From a virus, in IMG/VR virus record IMGVR_UViG_3300045988_132810, positions 1 through 64,000 of that record: a stretch of 64,000 nt of DNA; one strand, 5' to 3'. Positions 53,420-62,055 of the stretch are shown here, in pieces; within the stretch, counting starts at the first letter, position 1; each line of letters starts with the position of its first letter. The notes beneath the pieces were generated by a model. That model saw nothing but the letters and a program-made list of their open reading frames with translations. It searched no databases and was not told the origin of the DNA. A program made the translations under genes and the position numbers.

Positions 53420-53427
53420 AGCGTTTA

Positions 53428-53946
53428 TTATGCTTTTAACCAATCTTGGCTCTCATAATATTTCGTAATGGTATGATATAGTTCTGACCCCATAGAATTA
53501 CAATGAAGCTCATTAATATACTTCGAATAGATTTCATCAATATGATTTTTCTCTTCTGGATAAAGTTTTATTCCACGAGCACATCTAGACACACATTCAG
53601 ACAACTCTGCCTTGATCCGATCCCGCTCATTTTCAAAGACTCTATTGTCAAGCGTACACAACTTAGAATCAACGTTATTCAGTCTCGTATCAACATCTTT
53701 TAGATGATTGATAATTTGTTCATCCGCTTTCTTGCTTTTCGTTTCTTGCTGATCAATCTTGTATTCTAAATTATTAAGCTGCTTCGTATGAGCTTTCATC
53801 GTATTAGTTAGCTCCTCGGCATTTGTTGTGTTTCTGAGCCATGTTTCTATTTTTTTTCTTATTGGTTTAATCAGAACGCCCAAGAACGCAACGATTACCA
53901 TAATCCCGCTTATTAGGCTGGATATGTTTGTAATTAAATCTATCAT
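53428..53946 (-). CDS. membrane-anchored coiled-coil protein (function unknown; last gene of the tail module)
   Basis: N-terminal ISSLISGIMVIVAFLGVLI hydrophobic segment followed by a heptad-rich region. Confidence 0.5.
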   Translation of the reverse strand: MIDLITNISSLISGIMVIVAFLGVLIKPIRKKIETWLRNTTNAEELTNTMKAHTKQLNNLEYKIDQQETKSKKADEQIINHLKDVDTRLNNVDSKLCTLDNRVFENERDRIKAELSECVSRCARGIKLYPEEKNHIDEIYSKYINELHCNSMGSELYHTITKYYESQDWLKA

Positions 53947-53973
53947 TGTTTATATCACTCCAAACAATATAAT

Positions 53974-55752
53974 TTATTCTCCTTTTAATATATCAATCTC
54001 GCGCTGAAGTTCTTGGCATTTTTTTACTAGTAACGGGATAATCTCATCATAGGCTAATGAATAATTTTTATGTTCTTTTGTACTTTCATCTTCGTCATAA
54101 TGAACAATTCCCGTTTTCTGTTTTGATTCATTTGAACTTAATAGTACTTGCTCTACATCTTGTGCGATAAATCCATAATGTATTGTATCAGAATCGTCAT
54201 TCTTTAATACATATTGAACCGGCTTTAGCTTGTCAATGATGTCAATATCAATATCGTTAATGTCGCGCTTTAAATTTCTATCAGAATCCACTTGTGGAGA
54301 CGAAGCAAAACTTGCTGCCCATTCACAGCGGAATAACCCTTTGTTGTCAGCTTGTTTTTGTGCAAAACCACCAATTGCAATTGAGCTATTGTCACCAGAA
54401 ATATTTAATGGTACATTCTTTGTCCCAACATTTGTGTAAAACATAGCGTATTGACCAACACTGTCAGAAATAACAATTTTGAAATCATATGCGGTGTCTA
54501 CAGCGAAAGAAGCATCTTTATACGTATATGTGTAGCTAGTTCTATCACTCTCGTCATCTTTCACAATAACACTATTTGATTCGGAATACGTAGCATCTGA
54601 ACGTTTTTTACTATATGCTTTAATTTTGATATTGTTATTGTCACCTAACGTATAAAACGACGCATTTAACTGGTGCGTAACATATTGCCCAGACCCATTC
54701 ATGCTACCATCTGCGTTGCTTCTAAACGAAGTTATTGAAGTAATAGTTGGGGGATTATAATCACTAACATAAATACTTTGAGTCTTAGTCGCAGTTCTAC
54801 CACGACTATCTGTTATTGTGACAGTGTATATTTTAGTTCCACAAGTTGTTAAAGTAGCACTTGTTGCCATATAAGATCTAGATGAAATTGTAGACGTATA
54901 AGACAAATTTGGGCCACTAATTACACATTTACGTATTGTTGAACCGTATATTCCAGAAGCAGATACGGCCCACTGTACAGTTGAATTATTTTTAACATAT
55001 AACCCACATCCAGAAGGCTTAGTACTTGCAATAGACGATGTAAAAGCACTTATAGAAGGTCTCACATCAGAAGGGACTTTTAAAGTAAAATTAATAGATT
55101 TTTTTCCAACCTCTGTATTCCCATTATATGTTATACATGTTAATGTTCCTGTGCCTGATTCAGAATTAGGGATTTGGGATGCTAATTGCTTAGAAAGAGG
55201 AGTCCATGTTACAGATGAATTTGAAGTTTGCGAAACAATTGTTCCATTTTCATTTCCAAAAGACCAAACTAATGTGTGAGTAAAAGAAGATTCTGCTTTT
55301 GATATTTGGATAGTTATTGTAGAATCCATTGTACTCCCACTTACACTAATACTTGAAGCTCTTGGAATTTGAGGAAGATTAATATAATAGTCATATCTCG
55401 TACTGCTGATCGCATATGTATAAAGAGCTGCCTCTGCCCATGCAGAAAATGATTGTGTCCCATTGGAATTATGAGTTAAAGTGAAGCTTCCTGAACCTAA
55501 CGGTTGGTCGACATACATTTTAAACCTGTCAGCTCGACTCACTACAGTAACTCCTGCGATACTAACAGTTATTGGGCCAGCCATAACATAGTGGCCACCA
55601 TATCCACCAGCAGATGTAACAGTCCAATATATGGTTGATGTATTATTTGCAACACTTTGAGAAGAAGACCATTCTACTCTAATTCTATTTGGGAATGCAT
55701 CACCAACATCATATACACTTGTCTCAAACGCACCACTTGATGCAGTTGCCAT
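53974..55752 (-). CDS. tail fibre / receptor-binding protein with C-terminal peptidase S74 intramolecular chaperone domain
   Basis: C-terminal DRNLKRDINDI..KLKPVQYVLKND..IHYGFIAQDVEQVL..YDEIIPLLVKKCQELQ matches the S74 auto-cleaving chaperone pattern; Ser/Thr-rich beta-type repeats upstream. Confidence 0.7.
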   Translation of the reverse strand: MATASSGAFETSVYDVGDAFPNRIRVEWSSSQSVANNTSTIYWTVTSAGGYGGHYVMAGPITVSIAGVTVVSRADRFKMYVDQPLGSGSFTLTHNSNGTQSFSAWAEAALYTYAISSTRYDYYINLPQIPRASSISVSGSTMDSTITIQISKAESSFTHTLVWSFGNENGTIVSQTSNSSVTWTPLSKQLASQIPNSESGTGTLTCITYNGNTEVGKKSINFTLKVPSDVRPSISAFTSSIASTKPSGCGLYVKNNSTVQWAVSASGIYGSTIRKCVISGPNLSYTSTISSRSYMATSATLTTCGTKIYTVTITDSRGRTATKTQSIYVSDYNPPTITSITSFRSNADGSMNGSGQYVTHQLNASFYTLGDNNNIKIKAYSKKRSDATYSESNSVIVKDDESDRTSYTYTYKDASFAVDTAYDFKIVISDSVGQYAMFYTNVGTKNVPLNISGDNSSIAIGGFAQKQADNKGLFRCEWAASFASSPQVDSDRNLKRDINDIDIDIIDKLKPVQYVLKNDDSDTIHYGFIAQDVEQVLLSSNESKQKTGIVHYDEDESTKEHKNYSLAYDEIIPLLVKKCQELQREIDILKGE

Positions 55753-55769
55753 ATAATATCACCTCCACG

Positions 55770-58700
55770 TTATTGTATTGCGACAATAGATAAGCTTCCA
55801 TTGCTTTCTATTTGAAGTTTAAAATTGCCTAAAGAAATAGATGATAGTTTCTCTTCTGTGCCAACTTTTAAACTACCATCAATTTCTGCTTGTTTCATGT
55901 ATGCAGTATCATTCGCAAAATAAGTAATTGGAATACCAAATTTAATTTCTGGATCTGCAAAATTTTCACCAATTGAACTTATCGGCTTATATTGGGCAGA
56001 CAAAAAATCTGGATTTTTATAATAGTCGTAATAAGTATCATTGTTTTCTTGGTGGATATATAAAATATAATCATAATTATTATATCTATTGCTTTGTGTT
56101 GGTTCAGACTCTACTGTTATAATTCTCGCCTTACGACAGAATTCAATTCTTTGTGCAGAAACTCTTGAGAAATATTCCCCAGAACCGTTGTTTTCACCAA
56201 CAACTAAACCATTATCGCCATCAAAACTAAAGAAAGAAAGCTTCTCGGCGGCATCGCCTTTATTCATAGTTACCGTTCCATCTTTATCAACCATAAAAGC
56301 ATAAGAACCATCTTCCTGCTCGCCAATACAAATTTGGCCACCAACTATACTACTACCTTCGACCAGTCCAGCACGAACACAGCCTGCTAGAATGCCCCAA
56401 TATTCTTCTCCATCAATAGTATAATTACCAAATACAGACTTAGTCGTCTGGAAATTGTCGTCTGAGTATAGGAATTTATTGTTTGTAATCCAGCCCTCAT
56501 GATTATCTAATACGCCATCTACAACTTTACGAAGGTGAATACCATAATTATCCCACGACACACTTTGTCCAGCAGAATTTGATTTAATTGAAGTCGTTGC
56601 GTCAATTAATCCGTTTCTAATCCTCTCATCAATAGCAGTGGCTACGTCATAGCCTTTTTGCCAATAAGAAGAACCACTAGCAACCGCTTTACCAGCGCTA
56701 ACTGCTTGAGACAACAAATCAGCATGGATATCGCCCTGATCCTTCGCAGATAATAAGTCTCCGAAAGTACATGAGAAATTACTTAAATCAGAAAAATTCA
56801 ACTGGACTTCGAGCAATCTTGCTTTCTTGATGAAGTCATCTCGCATTTTAACTTTTACAAAATTGCCAAGGCTAAACTGATTCAGAATAGGAGCAAACTC
56901 AGGCATTGCATAGATATTTCTCATAGAAGCAGAGAAAGACAATTTTGGCTGAGAAATCTTTTTTAATTCTTTTTGTCCAGCGACTAACAATTCTTTCTGC
57001 GTATTAATCTTGTCCAAGTCAGTATCAATTTCTGAAACATAGAAGCAATCATCCGAATATTCATCTTCTCTTAGGAACAAGGACAACCTATCCAAATTCT
57101 CTGGAGTAAAATTTTTGTTAACACTTATGTCCTCTGATATTAACGTGATTTCATCATTTACTTTTTGGATCTCCGCTTGAATATCTTCAACCTTTTTTTG
57201 TTTATTCTCTAGTTCTTTATTAATGGCATTAAGCTTATTAAGATTATTTATATAAGCCTTGTATTCATCACTATCTGCGTCCTTTTTGTCCCATTCAGCA
57301 GCAATTTGTACATCTTGGATTGACAAGTATATATCTTTTGTTTCTTTGAGAGAATTAATACCTTCTGCCCCAACAACTAAGTTTCTTTCATTCCAAACAT
57401 AAGTATACTTTTGTTCATCTTTGCCCGTCTGCTTGTTCTTCACAATAGACACTTTAATCTCGCATACATAATACTTAGAAGCAACTTCATTTCCATTGTT
57501 GTCTTGGTTGACTATTTTATAAACTTCACCAAGGTTATCTATACTTGCTTCTGGCAAATAAAGTCCTGCTTGTTCAAAGTTCTCTGGAGTAACAATCTTT
57601 TCTGTAATTTTATATTCGTCAGGGACAGAATTTTCTTCAGTTAACCGACTGTCTATAAGTTCGTATAGCCTTTTTAATGTTTCAGTATAGCCTTCTACCC
57701 ACACAACATAATCTCCGGCTTTTGGCTCGTAAGAATCCAGTTTTGGAGAGACATCTGTTCTTAATATTTTGCCATCTCCCGCATTAGACTCAACAACTGA
57801 CAAAGCGTTTTCGGCCTCGATAGTCTTTACAATAAGTTTATCTCCATTTTCAAGCGCGGCATACACTGTCAATGTTTTTTTAGTTTTGTCGTACAGATAT
57901 CCATCTTCACCTTCTGAAATTGTTTCAGTTAACATCGAATCAGGGGATTTCTTTTCAACGATATGCTTTGAACCAATGTCGTTTTGTAGCATAAAATGAT
58001 TATCTAAAAATTCAGCGGAAACTGTATCTCCAATTCCTAAACTAGTGGTAATAGTTAATATGCTAGAATTAAATGTGTAATCTTCAGTAATATTGTCATT
58101 AATTCTAACAGAAGTTAATGCTTTATTACTATTTGAAACAACAAATGATTTGTTAATAGTTTTAAACAAAACTATATCGTCCTGACTGAGCCTACTATCA
58201 TTAACAACTAAACTATTTTCATTTTTGTCATAAGTATAATCATTAACGTCAACAGTTAGCTCTTGTGTCTTCCCGTCATTTGAATGGCGCAAAATACACA
58301 CTGCCGCAATATTTTCATTTGCAGACAATTGTTTAACATCGAAATGAGTGTCAATAGACGCTACAACCACAGAGCTATTTATCAAAAGATTGTCCAGAGA
58401 AATAGTTAATTTTTTAATACTATAATCGTACTCATATTGTTTAACACCAATTTCTTTGCCATCAACGAGCACAGATACTATTTTGTCTTTTGGCAGAGAT
58501 AGAGAAAAAGATTTTGGAACAAATTCTATTACAATTTGTTCTCCACTAAACAATAAGTCTAAATTAGAAACTGTGACAACATTATCCGAAAAAGTGTAGT
58601 TAACTTTCTGAGAATTAATTTTGACAGATAATATTTGTTTATCGTACTGTTGGCTTTCAAACTTATTATTAACTAAATTTATAACAACTCTATCGCTTGG

Positions 58701-60875
58701 ATTTAATTCATTTATTGTTAAAATGTTTCCATCCAAATTATATCCCTGCTGCTTCTCGCCATTTACCATTACGGACACAATTTCCTTGTCGTCATCATCG
58801 GATAAATCAAACTGCGTATCAATTGATTCAACTCTAATAGTATCTCCTACGGACAAGCCATTGATAGTTAGTTGTGCCCCGTCCAGTTCATACTTAGAAA
58901 AGTCCGTGTCATTTATCTCCACGGAAACGACTTTGTCTCGAAGTTTTTTTAAAGTAAAACGATTTTGAATATATTCTACTTCAATAATGCTTCCATATTT
59001 TATTGCGTCAGTGTCATTAATAGTAATAGTTGACCCAGTAGTGTTCACAGTATATTTAACATCATTTTCATCCACTTTAACAGCAGCTATTGCATATCCG
59101 CTTGGAATAGACACCTGAACGCTTGTAAACAATGTGCCATTTGGTGTGCTGATTTTTATTTCGTCTCCAACAGATAACGAGACATTGATTGTTAAATATT
59201 TTTCATTGCCATTTGTCACATAAGAATATTCAGATGACATCAACTCACGAGCGCCATTAATAATAATCTTGCTGTCTTTTGTAATCACGCTCTCTATTAC
59301 GAACTTATTCTCACATGTGATTACTTCAACTGTATTACCAGTTGTTAACAAAGACTTATTAGTGATTTCTAATTTGTTGTTTGAATATTCATAGTTGGTG
59401 TTATCTACTTCTTTGCCTTCAATTTTTACAATGCTATTCTCATTAAAGTTAAAATCTGAGGGAAGAGTAAATATATACGAGCCATCGAAAGTGAAAGTTG
59501 CAACATCTTCTTGTGCAGTGATCGTTTCGACCTGCATATTTGGCTCATTAAAAGTTTCATTTTTGCTATTAACGGCAATCTCTTCAATCTCGCTGTTAAT
59601 TTTATATTCCTTAATAACTTTATCTATATTATATGAAACTGTATCTCCATTTACATTGAATTGTTCTTGTGCGCTTTGTACGGGGAGCTGTTGTACAACG
59701 CCAGCGACAAAATCCTCGCTCGTCGTCTTTACATCAAAATACTCTTCTGTTGATCCGCTGATATCCTTGCTATAAAACCCACTCATGTACTTAGACTGCT
59801 TGTCCATATAGTATTTATATTCTTGGTACAAGCTATCTCCCATCCACTCTGGAGTGCAATAATAATCTAAATTCATAATAGAAGGTAGTCCAAAGTTAAC
59901 ATTTCGAATATCTAAATCATCCGACCCTTTAACTGTAAGAACGGTCTTTATATCATCTGCCGAATAATTAACTTTCATATCATTTGATAAATTTTCAAAC
60001 GCAATAATAACATCAGTATCATATTTATGCTTAAATTCGTTAGAAACTTCAATAATGTCTCCTTGCGCAGGTACATTATCAAAAGACAATTCTTTTGTAG
60101 TCAAATTGTATTTATACTCTGTGACAACATGGCCATTAATTGTGATATCAGTATCTGTAGAAATATCATTTTGTAAATTGAAAATGTTCGTTTCTCCATC
60201 TCCAATAAAGCGTTCAACTTCATTTTCTGCATAAATGCTAATTGTATTATTAATTGTGTCGAACTCAACATAACATTTAAATGTTTCGCACATATCATTC
60301 ATAATGAAATCATAAATGGACTGACGATCAATTTCAAAACTACGGCTCTGTTTTGCTAATTCTTCATCAACATGTCCTACTGTCCACCCATATGCTTTTT
60401 GTAAAACAAGATGAATTAAACTATGTTCGATATCATCTGGATTATATAGAACGGCTCCATCAATACTACCAACAGTATCTCCAACGTCGCCTTCGTTGAT
60501 AATGAAATTTTCAAGATATCTTTGAGACAGAGAATACTCTAGAGAATAGGCATTGATATGTTTATACTCTTGAATACCATTTCCATCAATTTCTGGGTCT
60601 TGCAATTGGAAATAACCAAATCCCTCTAGATATACAAGCCTAAGTCCTTCAACATAATCATAGTACGGCGTTGGCTTTGTCTCTCCAGTAATAATATCGC
60701 AATAAATAGAAGGAACATCAAATGAAATTTCACTATATGCGTTAAATTTGAAAGTGCCTTCTAGATTAGTCACATTTAATTTACAAATCTTTTCTTTATT
60801 TGTCTGGCACAAAACTACATTAGGGGCACGATAAGTGTCAGACAATAAATCTTTTGGTAGTTGCATTTCTTTCAC
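55770..60875 (-). CDS. tail-associated (Tal-like) baseplate protein, 1701 aa, with a central tandem-repeat array
   Basis: Position directly after Dit; N-terminal prophage-tail-like region; about 10 tandem repeats of roughly 50 aa; coiled coil near residues 1150-1200. Confidence 0.7.
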   Translation of the reverse strand: MKEMQLPKDLLSDTYRAPNVVLCQTNKEKICKLNVTNLEGTFKFNAYSEISFDVPSIYCDIITGETKPTPYYDYVEGLRLVYLEGFGYFQLQDPEIDGNGIQEYKHINAYSLEYSLSQRYLENFIINEGDVGDTVGSIDGAVLYNPDDIEHSLIHLVLQKAYGWTVGHVDEELAKQSRSFEIDRQSIYDFIMNDMCETFKCYVEFDTINNTISIYAENEVERFIGDGETNIFNLQNDISTDTDITINGHVVTEYKYNLTTKELSFDNVPAQGDIIEVSNEFKHKYDTDVIIAFENLSNDMKVNYSADDIKTVLTVKGSDDLDIRNVNFGLPSIMNLDYYCTPEWMGDSLYQEYKYYMDKQSKYMSGFYSKDISGSTEEYFDVKTTSEDFVAGVVQQLPVQSAQEQFNVNGDTVSYNIDKVIKEYKINSEIEEIAVNSKNETFNEPNMQVETITAQEDVATFTFDGSYIFTLPSDFNFNENSIVKIEGKEVDNTNYEYSNNKLEITNKSLLTTGNTVEVITCENKFVIESVITKDSKIIINGARELMSSEYSYVTNGNEKYLTINVSLSVGDEIKISTPNGTLFTSVQVSIPSGYAIAAVKVDENDVKYTVNTTGSTITINDTDAIKYGSIIEVEYIQNRFTLKKLRDKVVSVEINDTDFSKYELDGAQLTINGLSVGDTIRVESIDTQFDLSDDDDKEIVSVMVNGEKQQGYNLDGNILTINELNPSDRVVINLVNNKFESQQYDKQILSVKINSQKVNYTFSDNVVTVSNLDLLFSGEQIVIEFVPKSFSLSLPKDKIVSVLVDGKEIGVKQYEYDYSIKKLTISLDNLLINSSVVVASIDTHFDVKQLSANENIAAVCILRHSNDGKTQELTVDVNDYTYDKNENSLVVNDSRLSQDDIVLFKTINKSFVVSNSNKALTSVRINDNITEDYTFNSSILTITTSLGIGDTVSAEFLDNHFMLQNDIGSKHIVEKKSPDSMLTETISEGEDGYLYDKTKKTLTVYAALENGDKLIVKTIEAENALSVVESNAGDGKILRTDVSPKLDSYEPKAGDYVVWVEGYTETLKRLYELIDSRLTEENSVPDEYKITEKIVTPENFEQAGLYLPEASIDNLGEVYKIVNQDNNGNEVASKYYVCEIKVSIVKNKQTGKDEQKYTYVWNERNLVVGAEGINSLKETKDIYLSIQDVQIAAEWDKKDADSDEYKAYINNLNKLNAINKELENKQKKVEDIQAEIQKVNDEITLISEDISVNKNFTPENLDRLSLFLREDEYSDDCFYVSEIDTDLDKINTQKELLVAGQKELKKISQPKLSFSASMRNIYAMPEFAPILNQFSLGNFVKVKMRDDFIKKARLLEVQLNFSDLSNFSCTFGDLLSAKDQGDIHADLLSQAVSAGKAVASGSSYWQKGYDVATAIDERIRNGLIDATTSIKSNSAGQSVSWDNYGIHLRKVVDGVLDNHEGWITNNKFLYSDDNFQTTKSVFGNYTIDGEEYWGILAGCVRAGLVEGSSIVGGQICIGEQEDGSYAFMVDKDGTVTMNKGDAAEKLSFFSFDGDNGLVVGENNGSGEYFSRVSAQRIEFCRKARIITVESEPTQSNRYNNYDYILYIHQENNDTYYDYYKNPDFLSAQYKPISSIGENFADPEIKFGIPITYFANDTAYMKQAEIDGSLKVGTEEKLSSISLGNFKLQIESNGSLSIVAIQ

Positions 60876-60884
60876 CTGCCTTTA

Positions 60885-61976
60885 TTATGAAATACTTACT
60901 TGTCGTATAGGTTTATTAATAATTAACTCTCCGTTTACGACCTCTGCATCAAATTCATTAAATGGGCATACGCTTCCATCGTCTTCAAGCGTAAGTACAC
61001 CATTGGAGACGTCCGTACCAATTTCTAGCTTCACGTCCTTGAGTTCTCCTCTTACAATCATTTTGTGTCCCTCAACTTTGATATTAGTCCAAATTGGAGG
61101 GTTCTTAGTTGTGTCGCCTTTGATTTTTAATACCTTGCCTTCTACCCAAACGGTTAAGCCATCTTTAAGGTCATAATCATTTAGCAGGCCATCTGCTACT
61201 TTCATTGGATATCTAAACTCAATTTTTAATGTTCCGGTACCATTCGCGGAAAAATAATTAGTTCCGGGGAGCAACGTTGGAAACATAAAATTGAAATCAT
61301 CGTCAAAGATTCTCTTCTCATTCGTAGAATATACAACAAAATTATTATCTATTGTAACTGTTTCGTCCTGTTGTAAATTCTTAAACTCCGTCTCATTATT
61401 CAATGATTTGTTTTTAATGAGTAAATTTCCATGAGATGAGCCATTCTGAAATGTTAACTTTGGATAAATATAAGAATAAACGTCATCACTTTGGTTGTCT
61501 ATTGCGAATTCAGTCTCTCCTGCAATTTTGATTTCTACAGGATATACTTTTGAATACGCCCACGGACTTACTGCAGTAAATGTTGCTACGATGCCAATAA
61601 CTCTTGCATCCATCTTCTGAAGCTGCACATTCGTGAATCTACCAAGATATGAGCACACAACATCACCATCTTTGTCGCAGACATCCATCCATGCGTTGCT
61701 TCTAGAACCAGTAAGCCAACGCAATGTGTTTCTAACCTTGTATGGGCCAATATCAGACCCGTCTACTTCGATAAATGTTACAGACGGAGTTGCGACAGAA
61801 TTATATTTCGCACCATAGTCTGTGCGCATTGTACCATCATAGCTATCAGTAAAAACAGGCTCCATATCTAAGTATGAATCCACTGTCCCGTTATCTGGAT
61901 TGAATGTACTTACTACAAGCTCTAAATCATAATTTGTTTGATTGCGGAAACGAATTTTAGGATGATATATCGCCAA
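60885..61976 (-). CDS. distal tail protein (Dit)
   Basis: 363 aa between the tape measure and Tal genes; typical siphovirus gene order. Confidence 0.65.
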   Translation of the reverse strand: MAIYHPKIRFRNQTNYDLELVVSTFNPDNGTVDSYLDMEPVFTDSYDGTMRTDYGAKYNSVATPSVTFIEVDGSDIGPYKVRNTLRWLTGSRSNAWMDVCDKDGDVVCSYLGRFTNVQLQKMDARVIGIVATFTAVSPWAYSKVYPVEIKIAGETEFAIDNQSDDVYSYIYPKLTFQNGSSHGNLLIKNKSLNNETEFKNLQQDETVTIDNNFVVYSTNEKRIFDDDFNFMFPTLLPGTNYFSANGTGTLKIEFRYPMKVADGLLNDYDLKDGLTVWVEGKVLKIKGDTTKNPPIWTNIKVEGHKMIVRGELKDVKLEIGTDVSNGVLTLEDDGSVCPFNEFDAEVVNGELIINKPIRQVSIS

Positions 61977-62016
61977 GATATCACACCTCCTACTAACTAC
62001 TTGAAATTATATAAAT

Positions 62017-62042
62017 AGGAGAGAGCTGTTGTGCTCTCTCCT
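62017..62042 (-). terminator. stem-loop between the tape measure and Dit genes
   Basis: AGGAGAGAGC/GCTCTCTCCT 10-bp stem; on the minus strand it directly follows a motif copy; weak T-run. Confidence 0.4.
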
Positions 62043-62055
62043 ATAATTTTGTGTT
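62041..62055 (-). promoter_or_regulatory. conserved motif copy on the minus strand (AACACAAAATTATAG)
   Basis: Reverse complement of CTATAATTTTGTGTT; same orientation as the tail genes; 64 nt upstream of the Dit start. Confidence 0.5.

Noticed and set aside
55770-60875. Plus-strand ORFs inside the minus-strand Tal gene (56089.., 57411.., 57769.., 58621.., 59395..), and similar antisense ORFs inside ligA, dnaE, nrdD and the tape measure gene
   Set aside because: They are shadow ORFs on the opposite strand of long, well-supported genes. They lack RBSs and have low-complexity translations.
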